Source of the DNA: Betaproteobacteria bacterium
GTDB taxonomy: Bacteria; Pseudomonadota; Gammaproteobacteria; Burkholderiales; Ga0077523
Length of the DNA: 64,000 nt
Assembly: GCA_037141795.1 (NCBI GenBank)
Contig: JBAXBV010000011.1
Coordinates: 69,843-133,842, forward strand
Reading direction: 5' to 3'
Part shown: positions 1-9,848 of the stretch, piece after piece
How the letters are laid out: the number at the start of each line of letters is the position of its first letter
How positions within the stretch are numbered: position 1 is the first letter of the stretch
The notes under the pieces: generated by a model
Databases searched by the model: none
Seen by the model: only the letters and a program-made list of their open reading frames with translations
What the model was told of the DNA's origin: nothing
Made by a program: the position numbers and the translations under genes

Positions 1-2
1 GG

Positions 3-374
3 TTGCCGGATTTCCAGGCCCGCGATGTGGGCGACGTCGCACCCGCCGGGCCCGGAGAGTCCCTCGTCGGCCTCGGCGTCTCCCCGGGGCGTCACACCGG
101 GCGCGCCCGAGTCATCGAATCGCTCGAGGTGGACAGCGAACTTGAGCCGGGCGACGTCATCGTGACGGCGACCACGGACTCGGCCTGGGGCCCGCTCTTC
201 CTGACGGCGGGCGCGGTGGTCGTGGAGACCGGTGCCGCCATTTCCCACGCGGCCATCGTGTCGCGTGAACTGGGCATTCCGGCGGTCGTCTCCGTGGCCG
301 GGGCCACACGGCGTCTGCGCAATGGCTGCGCGGTCACGGTGGATGGCGGCACCGGTACGGTGTCCGTGCAATGA
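3..374 (+). CDS. PEP-utilising enzyme, C-terminal swivel/phosphohistidine domain (5'-truncated by window edge; PEP synthase / rifampin-phosphotransferase-like layout)
   Basis: The ORF is open at the left edge. TDSAWGPLFLTAGAVVVETGAAISHAAIVSRELGIPAVV is the PEP-utilizers mobile-domain signature (His codon 246-248) and lies at the extreme C-terminus. The TGA overlaps the next ATG (ATGA 371-374). Confidence 0.75.
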   Translation: MPDFQARDVGDVAPAGPGESLVGLGVSPGRHTGRARVIESLEVDSELEPGDVIVTATTDSAWGPLFLTAGAVVVETGAAISHAAIVSRELGIPAVVSVAGATRRLRNGCAVTVDGGTGTVSVQ

Positions 375-2722
375 AGCCGGAGCTGCAGGCCACGCCTCCC
401 CTTCCGCCGGCCGCCTCCCCCAGGGTGGCCCGCCTGGACGGCACGGCCCCCCTCACGAGGGAGGAGGTGGGAAGCAAGGCCGCCGGAATCAACCGCATGT
501 GCGCGATCGGACTGCCCGTGCCACCCGCCTTCGCGCTGACCACCCTGGCATGCCGGGACTACTTCGCCGGCGGGCGCGTTCTCGACAAGGCGCTCTGGGC
601 GGAGGTCGAGGAGGGCCTGCGATGGCTGGAAGGGCGCACCGGGCGCCGTTTCGGTGGCCTGCAGCGGCCCCTCCTCGTGTCCGTGCGCTCCGGGGCCGCG
701 CACAGCATGCCCGGGATGATGGACACGATCCTGAACGTCGGAATCAATGGGCTGATCGAGGGGGCGCTCGGGAAGGTGTCCGCGGACATCGGCGATCCCG
801 CGGATGTGCGCCGGCGCTTCGAGGCGCAGTACCGCCGGGTGGTCTTCGGAGGCGGATCCGGACCCGTGCCATCCGACCCCGCCGAGCAGTTGCGCACCGC
901 CATTGCCGCCGTCTTCGACTCCTGGTTTTCGCCCCGGGCCCTTGCCTACCGGGCCGACCGGCGACTGGGGAATGACGGGGGAACCGCCGTGACGGTCCAG
1001 GCGATGGTATTCGGTACCCGGGATGCCGATTCCGGCACCGGCGTGCTGTTCAGCAGGAATCCCATCACCGGTGCACTGCCGGCCTGGGGGGAGTGGCTGG
1101 GTTGCGCCCAGGGTGAGGAGGTCGTGTCCGGTGAGCGCACGCCGCTGCCGCTCGAGGCGCTGCGCCAGAGGATGCCCGATGTCCACGGGGCCCTGCTGCG
1201 CGGCGCCGCTCAGCTCGAGGCCGACGCCCGGGACATTCAGGACATCGAGTTCACAGTCGAATCCGGGCGGCTGTGGTTCCTCCAGACCCGCGTGGCGAAA
1301 CGTTCTCCCGGGGCTGCCGTGCGGTCCGCCATCGATCTTGCGGAGGCCGGCCTCATTTCGCGGGAGGACGCCGTACGGCGGCTGACCGCCGAACAGTTGC
1401 GGCGACTGCCCGTTCGGACCGTTGCTCCGCAGGCCTCGCCGCTTGCCCCTCTCGCCACGGGGCAGCCCGCCTGTCCGGGGGTGGCTGCGGGGACCGTCGT
1501 GACCGATCCGGGGCAGGCCGAGGCGCTGGCCCACCGGGGTGAAGCCGTGATCCTGGCGCGTCCGGATACCCGCCCCGAGGACATACGGGGGATCATCGCG
1601 GCGCGCGCGCTGGTTACCGAGCTGGGTGGCGCCAGTTCCCACGCGGCCGTCGTGAGCCGGGAACTCGGGCGTCCCTGCGTGGTGGGATGCGGGGCCGCGG
1701 CCGTGACGGCGCTGGCGGGCCGGGTCGTGACGGTCGACGGGGCCTCCGGGTGCGTGTGGCCGGGTGACCTCGCGGTCGCCGCACCGGACGCCGGCATGGT
1801 CGAGCCCCTCCGCAAGCTTCTGGCGTGGGCGGTGCCGCTGGCGCCGCTCCGTGTTCTGGAGGCGGGGAACTCGCCGGAGGATGCGGTGGATCTGGATGCC
1901 GCGAACGACGATTGGCGCCTGGCCCTGCGGCCCGGCGCCGTCGTGCGGGGGCGTGTGCTCGAGATGGACGAGGGCATCGAGGCCGCCGTGGCGGCCGGCG
2001 TGGCTGCCGTGGTGGTGCGTGATCGGCTGCCAGCGGTGCTGGCGAGTCTGCGGGCGTCGCCGGGACCGGCGCGCAGCCGGGGGGCAGAGCCGGACGCGGG
2101 CGCCGGTGTCGCTTCGCCCGACACCTTCGTCCTGCTGCGGCTGCTGGCACTGAAGGGTCGGGCAAGGGCAGAAGACCTGGCCGAGGCACTGGGCCTGCCC
2201 GTCGATGCCGTCGCCACGGGCTGCCGGGCCCTGTGCCACCAGGGTCTGTGCGAGACGATGGGCGAGACCCTGCGCCCCAGCGCCAGCGCAGCCGCGCACC
2301 TCCGCGCGCGGCTCGAAGGCGAGCGGGCGGGTCTCGACGCCGGGGCCTTCGATGCCGTCTACGTGCGTTTTCAGGCGCTCGATGGCGAGTTGAAGTCGAT
2401 CCTCACCGACTGGCAGGTCACCGTCTCCGGCGTCGCAAACACCCATCGCGATCCGGGGCATGACGCCGCCGTGCTGCAGCGCCTCGCCCGGTTCCATCAG
2501 CGGTCCGTCGCCATCACTGCGGAACTTGCCCGCCTGCTGCCGCGCCTTGGGTTCTACCGCGAGCGCTTCGCCCGCTTGCACGCGCTCATCGCCGCGGGAG
2601 AGGGCAGCCGCGTCACCAGCGTGCGGCAGGACAGCTATCACTCCGCGTGGTTCGAACTCCACGGGGAACTCAAGGCCCTCGCCGGGGCCGCGACCGGGAC
2701 GCAGCGCGGGCGCGCCGCCTGA
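371..2722 (+). CDS. Pyruvate,phosphate dikinase-like protein: PPDK nucleotide-binding N-terminus plus His swivel domain, with a non-PPDK C-terminal ~300 aa containing a wHTH-like segment
   Basis: 783 aa. PPDK-type motifs are present: KAAGINRMCAIGLPVPPAF, VRSGAAHSMPGMMDTILNVG, AVTVQAMVFG, GTGVLFSRNPITG, DIQDIEFTVESGRLWFLQTR. The swivel motif is GGASSHAAVVSRELGRPCVVGCG (His424, nt 1640-1642). After about aa 470 I see no PEP/pyruvate TIM-barrel motifs. LLRLLALKGRARAEDLAEALGLPVDAV (nt ~2126-2250) looks like a winged helix. Confidence 0.8.
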   Translation: MKPELQATPPLPPAASPRVARLDGTAPLTREEVGSKAAGINRMCAIGLPVPPAFALTTLACRDYFAGGRVLDKALWAEVEEGLRWLEGRTGRRFGGLQRPLLVSVRSGAAHSMPGMMDTILNVGINGLIEGALGKVSADIGDPADVRRRFEAQYRRVVFGGGSGPVPSDPAEQLRTAIAAVFDSWFSPRALAYRADRRLGNDGGTAVTVQAMVFGTRDADSGTGVLFSRNPITGALPAWGEWLGCAQGEEVVSGERTPLPLEALRQRMPDVHGALLRGAAQLEADARDIQDIEFTVESGRLWFLQTRVAKRSPGAAVRSAIDLAEAGLISREDAVRRLTAEQLRRLPVRTVAPQASPLAPLATGQPACPGVAAGTVVTDPGQAEALAHRGEAVILARPDTRPEDIRGIIAARALVTELGGASSHAAVVSRELGRPCVVGCGAAAVTALAGRVVTVDGASGCVWPGDLAVAAPDAGMVEPLRKLLAWAVPLAPLRVLEAGNSPEDAVDLDAANDDWRLALRPGAVVRGRVLEMDEGIEAAVAAGVAAVVVRDRLPAVLASLRASPGPARSRGAEPDAGAGVASPDTFVLLRLLALKGRARAEDLAEALGLPVDAVATGCRALCHQGLCETMGETLRPSASAAAHLRARLEGERAGLDAGAFDAVYVRFQALDGELKSILTDWQVTVSGVANTHRDPGHDAAVLQRLARFHQRSVAITAELARLLPRLGFYRERFARLHALIAAGEGSRVTSVRQDSYHSAWFELHGELKALAGAATGTQRGRAA

Positions 2723-2741
2723 GCGCAGGGTCGGGGATCCC

Positions 2742-4712
2742 TCAGGCGCCCCCGTCGAGCCGCTGCTTCAGCGCGCGCTCCAGCGCCGCCTGCAGTTCGG
2801 GGAGCCGGATGGGCTTGGTGACGTAGTCGTCCATCCCGGCGGCCAGCGCCTCTTCGCGGTCCGTGTCCATCGCGTTCGCGGTGAGCGCAATGATCGGTAC
2901 CCGGCGACCGGAGCCGGATTCCCGGGCGCGGATGGTCCTCGTCGCATCGAGCCCGTTCATTTCGGGCATCTGGATGTCCATCAGGATCGCGTCGAAGGCA
3001 TGTTCGTCCATCACCGCCAGCGCTTCCCGCCCGTTGGTGGCCACGGCGACCTGCACACCGAGCTTCGGCAGCCACCGACGGGCGACCGCCTGGTTCACCG
3101 GGTTGTCCTCCACCACCAGAACCCGTGGTGCCCTCCGGGAGGCTGCGACCCCGCGGGCGGTGGCCGGCTTCGTGACGGGCGCTGGCGCCGGGGCGGGCCC
3201 AGGGGCCGGCGGCCCGGGTGGCGTCCCCTCCTGGAGCAGGGATGATCGCGCGGGTGACGGCACGTCGGTCGGGACACCGGCTGCGACGGGGCCCGCCGTG
3301 TCCGTCGCCCTGGCGACCGGGACGGTCACCCGGAATTCGCTGCCTTCGCCCTCGCGGGATTTCACCGTGATCGTGCCCCCCATGAGCAAGGCCAGCTTCG
3401 CGCAGATCGCAAGGCCGAGGCCGGTCCCCCCGTGCAGACGGGTGGTCGAGGCGTCACCCTGCGAGAAGGCCTCGAAGATCCACGCCTGCTTCGCGGCGGG
3501 AATGCCGATGCCGGTGTCCCGCACGACGATGGCGAGTTCCAGTTCGGGGTCCTCGGTGGCGCCGCATTCGATCCCCACGGCGATGCTGCCCCGCTCGGTG
3601 AACTTGATGGCGTTGCCCGCGAGGTTCACGAGGATCTGCCGGATGCGCAGCGGGTCGCCGGTGATGAGCCGGGGCAGTTCGGGGGCCACGTGGACTTCGA
3701 TGCGCAGATGCTTGTCCCGGGCGCGCGGAAGAAAGGGGGCGAGCGCCTGATCGACGAGGTCCCGCATGGCGAACGGAACGCGTTCGATCGGAAGGCGGCC
3801 CGCCTCCACCCGGGAGAGGTCGAGGATGTCGTTGAGGATGCCGAGCAGCGATTCGGCGGATTCCTCGACGATGCCGAGATACTCCCGCTGCTCGTCGGAC
3901 AGGGGGGTCTGGAGCACGAGTTGCAGCATGCCCATCACGCCGTTCATGGGCGTACGGATCTCGTGGCTCATGTTGGCCAGGAATTCGCTCTTCGCCCGGC
4001 TCGCGGCGGCTGCCGAGTCGCGCGCCGCGCGCAGTCTCGTCCGCAGCCGCTGGATGTAGCCTCCCATCACCGCGAACCACGTAAGCACGGCTCCGAGGAC
4101 GACGAAGCGGAGGATCTCGAGCTTGAGGTTGACCTCGCCCGGGTGCGCCTGAACGAGCAGGCCCACGGCGACACCGTAGGACAGGAGCATGGCCACCGCC
4201 AGCGCCAGGAGGATGGTTGTGCCCAGCTGGAACACGCCGAACAGGAAGGCCACGAGATAGAAGAGAACGTAGACCGTGCGCGCCTCGCCACTGTGATAGA
4301 CGAGCCATGTCGTGGCCAACGTGCCGGCGAGCACCTGCAGCACCGTGAGGCTCGGGTCCGGCAGGCGCAGGTTCAGGCCGGTGCGGAACAGAACGTAGAA
4401 CACCGCGAGCCCGGCGGCCACGCTGGCGCAGCCCGTGATCAGCGCAGGGGTGGGCATGTACCCCATGAGGGTTCCCACGCCCGCGAGGGCCATGGTCAGA
4501 AGGTAGCTGCCCGCGGCGATGAAGAACCGCAGCATCCGGGTGCGCTGCCTTCCCTCGGCGTCCGCGGGGCCGAGCAGCAGGCGATGCCAGGCTGGGGCGG
4601 TGTCGATCTTGGGCGCAGGGAAGCGTGTCACTGGGATCCGGGCCGGATGGGGTTCTCGGGGCAGGTGCCTGCAGGTGACGCCCGCCACGCTGCGGACGGT
4701 ACCGGACACCAT
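2742..4712 (-). CDS. Hybrid sensor histidine kinase/response regulator (multi-TM N-terminus, HisKA, HATPase_c, receiver)
   Basis: H-box [20 protein letters not shown]. ATPase boxes [27 protein letters not shown]. Pro/Ala-rich linker. Receiver [11 protein letters not shown]...[12 protein letters not shown]...ALTANA. The N-terminus is hydrophobic with about 5-6 predicted helices. The start is uncertain: ATG 4712 is the longest, and ATG 4535 (MLRFFIAAG) is the alternative. Confidence 0.85.
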   Translation of the reverse strand: MVSGTVRSVAGVTCRHLPREPHPARIPVTRFPAPKIDTAPAWHRLLLGPADAEGRQRTRMLRFFIAAGSYLLTMALAGVGTLMGYMPTPALITGCASVAAGLAVFYVLFRTGLNLRLPDPSLTVLQVLAGTLATTWLVYHSGEARTVYVLFYLVAFLFGVFQLGTTILLALAVAMLLSYGVAVGLLVQAHPGEVNLKLEILRFVVLGAVLTWFAVMGGYIQRLRTRLRAARDSAAAASRAKSEFLANMSHEIRTPMNGVMGMLQLVLQTPLSDEQREYLGIVEESAESLLGILNDILDLSRVEAGRLPIERVPFAMRDLVDQALAPFLPRARDKHLRIEVHVAPELPRLITGDPLRIRQILVNLAGNAIKFTERGSIAVGIECGATEDPELELAIVVRDTGIGIPAAKQAWIFEAFSQGDASTTRLHGGTGLGLAICAKLALLMGGTITVKSREGEGSEFRVTVPVARATDTAGPVAAGVPTDVPSPARSSLLQEGTPPGPPAPGPAPAPAPVTKPATARGVAASRRAPRVLVVEDNPVNQAVARRWLPKLGVQVAVATNGREALAVMDEHAFDAILMDIQMPEMNGLDATRTIRARESGSGRRVPIIALTANAMDTDREEALAAGMDDYVTKPIRLPELQAALERALKQRLDGGA

Positions 4713-4806
4713 CGACGTGAGCGTAACACCGAGCCCGCGACCGGTGGCCGGGGAATTCGATCCCGGGTCCGGGGTTGCCCGGTCGCGGTTCCGCCGCCCG
4801 GGCAGG

Positions 4807-6069
4807 TCACCGGGCTGACGCGACGTCTTCCCGATGTATCCACGCGGCCGCGCCGCGAGCGGCCGCGACGCCGCTCGCGAAGCACGCGCTCAGGAGATAG
4901 CCCCCCGTCGGGGCTTCCCAGTCGATCATCTCGCCCGCGCAGAACACGCCCGGCAGCCGTCGCAGCATCAGGTGGCTGTCGAGTTCGGGGAAGGGCACGC
5001 CGCCGGCCGTGCTGATGGCCTCGTCGAGGGGGCGGGGGGCGGACAGGCGTACCCGCAACCCGCGGATGGCCCGGGCGAGGCCCGTGGCATCGACGAAGGC
5101 CTCGCGGTCGAGCACCTCGTGCAGGAGCGCGGCCTTGACCCCTTCGATACCCGCCTCGCGCTTCAGGTGCGCGCCGAGGGAGCGTCGCCCCCTGGGTCGT
5201 GCCAGCGCCGCCACGAGGCGTTCCAGGGGCCGGCCGGGAGCGAGGTCGATGGTCAGTTCGGCCGCGCCACCGCGCCCGAGGGCATCGCGCAGCGGGGCCG
5301 CCAGGGCGTACACCGGGCCGCCCTCGATGCCGGTGGCGGTGATCATCAGGTCGCCGGGCTGCGAGACCACCTCGCCCCGTGCCGTCACCGTGCTCGCGAC
5401 GACCGACTTGACGGGTTGTCCGGCGAAACGCGTGGCGAAGTGGTCGCTCCAGGTCGCGTCGAACCCGCAGTTCGCGGGGCGCAGCGGGACCACCGGGATG
5501 CCGAGCGCCTCCAGCCTCGCCACCCACGCGCCGTCGGAGCCCAGATGGGCCCAGCTGCCGCCACCCAGGGCGAGGATGCAGGCGTTCGCGCGGAGTTGAC
5601 GAAGCCCCTGGGGCGTGACGAAACACACAGTCCCATCCGGGGCGAAGCCGCTCCAGCGGTGCCGAACGTGGATGCGCACGCCGCGGTCGTGCAGCCGGTG
5701 TACCCAGCGACGCAGCAGCGGGCCCGCCTTGAAATCGACGGGAAAGACCCGTCCCGAGGTTCCCACGAACGTTTCAACGCCCAGTCCGCGGGCCCAGGCG
5801 CGCAGTGCATCGGGGCTGAATCCCTCGAGAAACGGGCGGAGGTCCGCGGCCCGCTCCCCGTAGCGGGTCACGAACCTGTCGAAGGGTTCCGAGTGGGTCA
5901 GGTTGAGCCCGCCGCGCCCGGCGATCAGGAACTTTCTCCCGACCGATGGCTTGGCGTCGAACAGGTCCACGGCGAGGCCCCGGCCGGCGAGGGTCTCGGC
6001 GGCCATGAGACCGGCAGGTCCGCCGCCGATGACGGCAACTTGTATCGGAATCGCGGGGTCGGCAGGCAT
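4807..6069 (-). CDS. NAD(P)/FAD-dependent flavoprotein, HI0933/BaiN-like family
   Basis: 420 aa counted from ATG 6069. Rossmann motif [19 protein letters not shown]-terminal [20 protein letters not shown] is typical of this family. The 784-aa ORF-track extension runs antisense into the next gene and was discarded. Confidence 0.8.
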   Translation of the reverse strand: MPADPAIPIQVAVIGGGPAGLMAAETLAGRGLAVDLFDAKPSVGRKFLIAGRGGLNLTHSEPFDRFVTRYGERAADLRPFLEGFSPDALRAWARGLGVETFVGTSGRVFPVDFKAGPLLRRWVHRLHDRGVRIHVRHRWSGFAPDGTVCFVTPQGLRQLRANACILALGGGSWAHLGSDGAWVARLEALGIPVVPLRPANCGFDATWSDHFATRFAGQPVKSVVASTVTARGEVVSQPGDLMITATGIEGGPVYALAAPLRDALGRGGAAELTIDLAPGRPLERLVAALARPRGRRSLGAHLKREAGIEGVKAALLHEVLDREAFVDATGLARAIRGLRVRLSAPRPLDEAISTAGGVPFPELDSHLMLRRLPGVFCAGEMIDWEAPTGGYLLSACFASGVAAARGAAAWIHREDVASAR

Positions 6070-6219
6070 GGGTTCGGGGGAGGGGGCTGTCGCCCCGACT
6101 GTACTCCTCCCGCCGTGCTCCGGAATGCACGGCCGGGCACCAGCGCGGTGCGTCTCTTCCTGCCCCGCGGGCGATGCGTTACCGTTCAGCGCAGTTCCAT
6201 TCCCGGAAGCGGGGCAGCC

Positions 6220-7485
6220 ATGACGCAGTTCGATCTGGTTCTCGAAGGTGGGCGGGTCATCGATCCCGCCGCAGGCACCGACGGCGTCGGTGACGTCGCC
6301 ATCCACGATGGTCGGATCGCCCGGGTTTCTCTCGACGGGTCGGCACTGCCGGCTGCGCAGCGCGTGGACTGTCGCGGCAGGCTGGTCCTTCCGGGCCTCA
6401 TCGATACCCATGCCCACGTCTACCGGTACGTCACGGGAAGGTTCGGCCTCGATGCGGACCTGTGCGGCGTCCAGTCCGGCGTCACCACCCTCGTGGATCA
6501 GGGCGGCCCCAGCTGCATGACGATCCCGGGGTTCCGCCATTTCGTGGCCGAGCGCGCGGAGTCCAACGTGCTCGCCTTCATCTCCGCCTATCTCGTGGGG
6601 GGGCTCGAGGGCCACTACTACCCGGAGCTGTACCGTCCGGCGTGCGTGGATGTGGACGCGACCGTGCGCGCGGCGGCCGAGAATGCGGATCTCGTCCGGG
6701 GCGTGAAGGCGCACGCGGAGATCGGCGGGTTTTCGCGCTGGGGGGTCGAGGTGATGCAGCTTGCCGCCGAGATCGGGCGGCAGGCGGCCCTGCCGGTGTA
6801 CATCCATTTCGGGCAGCTCTGGCCGCCGGCGGCCGACGGTCGACCGGTGGATCCCGACAGCATCTTCCCGGACGTGGTCAACCTGCTGAAGCCCGGGGAT
6901 GTCCTCTCGCACCCCTTCAGCCGCCACCCGGGCGGCTTTGTGTCCGTAGCGGGACAGGTGCACCCGCTGGTGAAGGAGGCCATCGCCCGCGGCGCGAAGA
7001 TCGACGTGGGGCACGGCTCCCACTTCAGCTTCCGGGTGGCGCGGCAGGTGCTCGACGCCGGGATCATCCCCGATACCCTGGGTGCCGACATGCACGGCTA
7101 CAACACGCGCGTGCCCCCGCCCGCAGGCACGCCCGCCAGCCACCCCGATCCGGAAATGCACCTGTTCTTCGGCGCCGCGCAGTTCAGCCTCGTGCGCGCC
7201 ATGACCTCCCTGGTGGCCCTCGGCCTGCGGCTCGAGGACGTGGTCCCCATGGTCACGTCCAACGCCGCAGCCCTTCTCGGGCGGGAAGGGGTGCTCGGTA
7301 CCCTCGCGCCGGGCAGCGTGGCGGACGTGTCGGTGCTGGACGACCTGCCGGGAGCCTGGCGTTTGCGGGACAACGAGGGCAACGAGGTGGTGGCCCGGCG
7401 CATGTTCTCCCCCGCCTTCTGCCTGCGCCGCGGGCGGCGCGTCGACGCGACCGCTCCCATCCTGCCCCTCGCCGAAGCGGCATGA
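6220..7485 (+). CDS. Metal-dependent amidohydrolase (dihydroorotase/deacetylase-like superfamily)
   Basis: 421 aa from ATG 6220. HxH metal motif LPGLIDTHAHVY. Further conserved His/Asp segments VKAHAE, VYIHFG, IDVGHGS. The stop overlaps the next start (ATGA 7482-7485). Confidence 0.8.
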   Translation: MTQFDLVLEGGRVIDPAAGTDGVGDVAIHDGRIARVSLDGSALPAAQRVDCRGRLVLPGLIDTHAHVYRYVTGRFGLDADLCGVQSGVTTLVDQGGPSCMTIPGFRHFVAERAESNVLAFISAYLVGGLEGHYYPELYRPACVDVDATVRAAAENADLVRGVKAHAEIGGFSRWGVEVMQLAAEIGRQAALPVYIHFGQLWPPAADGRPVDPDSIFPDVVNLLKPGDVLSHPFSRHPGGFVSVAGQVHPLVKEAIARGAKIDVGHGSHFSFRVARQVLDAGIIPDTLGADMHGYNTRVPPPAGTPASHPDPEMHLFFGAAQFSLVRAMTSLVALGLRLEDVVPMVTSNAAALLGREGVLGTLAPGSVADVSVLDDLPGAWRLRDNEGNEVVARRMFSPAFCLRRGRRVDATAPILPLAEAA

Positions 7486-9848
7486 ACGGCCCGCGCGTTC
7501 CCGCCGGACGGCCCCGCGGCGTCGGGGCGTCGCTGCGCCGCAAGGAGGATGACCGGCTGCTGCGCGGTCGCGGGGAATTCGTCGCCGACCTGCGCATGGT
7601 GGACATGCTCGAAGTGGCCTTCGTGCGCTCGCCCATGGCGCACGCGCGCCTGCGGGGCGTGGGCAAGCCGGCCGACGCCGCTGACCGCGTATTCACCATG
7701 GACGACCTGACGGGGGTCGCCCCCATCGTCGCGAACTCCGGCCTGCCGGGGTTCCGTAGCTCGGCGCAGTATCCCCTCGCCCGGGACAAGGTGCGCCACG
7801 TGGGGGAGGCCATTGCCCTCTGCATCGCGCCCACCCGGGCGGAGGCGGAGGATCTGGCCGAGCGTGTCGAGGTGGACCTCGAGCCCCTGCCGGTGGTGGC
7901 GGACATGCTTGCCGCGCTGGAGCCGGACGCGCCGCGCGTGCATGACCACTGGGACCGGAACGCGTTTCTCGACACCCTGGTGGACGGCGATCTCGACGGG
8001 ATCCGGCAGCGGGCGGCCATCGTGGTGCGCCGCCGGGTGCGAACCGCCCGGCAGAGCATGGCGCCCATCGAGGGGCGAGGCGTTCTGGCCTGGCACGACC
8101 GGCGGCTCGACCAGCTGACGCTCACGTCCGCCACCCAGATGCCCCACATCGTGCGGGCGGGACTGTCGGAGTGTCTGGGGATCGACCAGGGGCGCATCCG
8201 CGTGGTGTCGCCCGACGTGGGCGGAGGGTTCGGCTACAAGGGCATCCTGTTGCCGGAAGAGGTTTGCCTGGCCTGGCTGGCCATGCGTCTGGGCCGGTCG
8301 GTGCGGTGGATCGAGGACCGCTTCGAACAGCTCACCGGCAACGCGAACTGCCGGGAGCACCACTACGACATCACGGGTTATGCGGACGCCTCCGGGCGGC
8401 TGCTCGCCCTCGACTGCGAGGCCGTGGTGGATTCGGGCGCCTATTCGTCGTATCCGTTTTCCGCGTGCCTGGAGGCCGCGCAGGTAGGGTCCATCCTGCC
8501 CGGGCCCTACGTGATGGAGGGTTTCCGTTGCCGCACCGCGTCGGCGACCACCAACAAGCCTCCGATCCTCCCCTACCGCGGGGTGGCCCGCACGGGTGTG
8601 TGTTTCGCCCTCGAGCTGGTCATCGACGCCATCGCCCGACGCGCGGGCAGGGAGCCCCACGAGGTGCGGCTCGACTGCCTCGTCCGGCCGGAGCAGATGC
8701 CCTACGTCAACATCACCCGGAAGGTGTTCGATTCCGGCGATTACCCGGAATGCCTGCGGCGCGCGGTGGCCGCGCTCGACCTCCCCCGCTGGCGCGAGCG
8801 ACAGCGGACCCCCGAGGCCGACGGCCGGCGCATCGGCGTCGGTCTGGCCATCTTCTGCGAGCAGGGCGCCCACGGCACCTCGGTGTACCACGGCTGGGGC
8901 ATCCCGATGGTCCCGGGGCACGAGCAGTGCGCCGCCCGATTGTCCCCGGACGGGGTGCTGGAACTGAGAATCGGCGCCCACTCCCACGGACAGGGGCTGG
9001 AGACCACCCTCGCTCAGGTGGCGCACGAGATTCTCGGCATCGACCCGGCGCAGGTCCGGCTGATCCACGGAGACACCGCCACCACGCCCTATTCCACGGG
9101 GACGTGGGGGTCCCGATGCATCGTGATGTCCGGCGGGGCCGTGGCGTCCACCTGCGAGATCATCGCCCGGCGGGTCCGGGACATCGCCGCGCACCTGCTC
9201 GAGGCCGCGGTGGACGATCTGGTCCTGGAGGATGGCGTCGTCCGGGTGGTCGGCACCGACCGCCGCCTGTCCCTGAAGGAGATCGCCCACACGTGGTACC
9301 GCCAGCCCCAGCGGCTGCCCCCGGGGGTCGATCCCGCCGGACTGGAGGCCACCACCGGCTACCGGACCGTGCAGGATACGGGGACCTTCAGCTACGCGAG
9401 CCACGCCTGCGCGGTGGCGGTCGACGTGGAACTCGGCACGGTGGAGATTCTCGATTACGTGATCGTCGAGGACGGGGGTACGCTGGTGAACCCGATGATC
9501 GTCGACGGCCAGGTCTATGGCGGGGCCGCCCAGGGCATCGGCTCGGCGCTTTACGAGGAGATGCCTTTCGACGACCAGGCCCAGCCCCTCGCTTCGACGC
9601 TTGCGGACTACATGCTTCCAGGTGCGACCGAGGTTCCGTCCATCCGCCTGGAGCATATGCAGACGCCGTCGCCCCTGTCGTGCTTCGGGCAGAAGGGTGT
9701 GGGTGAGGGCGGGGCCATCGCGCCCCCGGCCGCCATCGCCAACGCCGTGAACGATGCGCTCGCGGACCTCGGCGTGGAGATCACCGAAAGCCCCATCACG
9801 CCCCGCCGCCTGCTGGCGGCGATCGCGGCGGCGAGGGCGCGCGCGTGA
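7482..9848 (+). CDS. Xanthine dehydrogenase/aldehyde oxidase-family molybdopterin-binding large subunit (CoxL-like, not a bona fide CO dehydrogenase)
   Basis: 788 aa. N-terminal GASLRRKEDDRLLRGRGEFVADL. The active-site loop reads PYRGVAR (nt 8571-8591), not the CODH form I AYRCSFR. The C-terminus is GVGEGGAIAPPAAIANAV. The stop overlaps the next GTG (GTGA 9845-9848). Confidence 0.85.
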   Translation: MNGPRVPAGRPRGVGASLRRKEDDRLLRGRGEFVADLRMVDMLEVAFVRSPMAHARLRGVGKPADAADRVFTMDDLTGVAPIVANSGLPGFRSSAQYPLARDKVRHVGEAIALCIAPTRAEAEDLAERVEVDLEPLPVVADMLAALEPDAPRVHDHWDRNAFLDTLVDGDLDGIRQRAAIVVRRRVRTARQSMAPIEGRGVLAWHDRRLDQLTLTSATQMPHIVRAGLSECLGIDQGRIRVVSPDVGGGFGYKGILLPEEVCLAWLAMRLGRSVRWIEDRFEQLTGNANCREHHYDITGYADASGRLLALDCEAVVDSGAYSSYPFSACLEAAQVGSILPGPYVMEGFRCRTASATTNKPPILPYRGVARTGVCFALELVIDAIARRAGREPHEVRLDCLVRPEQMPYVNITRKVFDSGDYPECLRRAVAALDLPRWRERQRTPEADGRRIGVGLAIFCEQGAHGTSVYHGWGIPMVPGHEQCAARLSPDGVLELRIGAHSHGQGLETTLAQVAHEILGIDPAQVRLIHGDTATTPYSTGTWGSRCIVMSGGAVASTCEIIARRVRDIAAHLLEAAVDDLVLEDGVVRVVGTDRRLSLKEIAHTWYRQPQRLPPGVDPAGLEATTGYRTVQDTGTFSYASHACAVAVDVELGTVEILDYVIVEDGGTLVNPMIVDGQVYGGAAQGIGSALYEEMPFDDQAQPLASTLADYMLPGATEVPSIRLEHMQTPSPLSCFGQKGVGEGGAIAPPAAIANAVNDALADLGVEITESPITPRRLLAAIAAARARA

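Noticed and set aside
2649-2660. GGTTCGAACTCC, resembling a tRNA T-arm
   Set aside because: It lies inside a coding frame (SAWFELHG). It deviates from the GGTTCGAATCC consensus. I could not fold any flanking acceptor, D or anticodon stems.
92-2662. 856-aa ORF on the minus strand covering the whole PPDK-like gene
   Set aside because: It is antisense to a gene with clear family motifs. Its translation is an Arg/Gly/Pro/Ala/His-rich low-complexity string with no recognisable domain. This is the typical shadow ORF of GC-rich DNA.
4834-6219. 5' extension that turns the amidohydrolase into an 883-aa ORF (likewise 6070-7161 for the flavoprotein, and 6462-7481 for the hydroxylase large subunit)
   Set aside because: The extensions run antisense or out of frame through neighbouring real genes and lack motifs. 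Internal ATGs at 6220, 6069 and 7482 give proteins of family-typical length, with stop/start coupling to neighbours.
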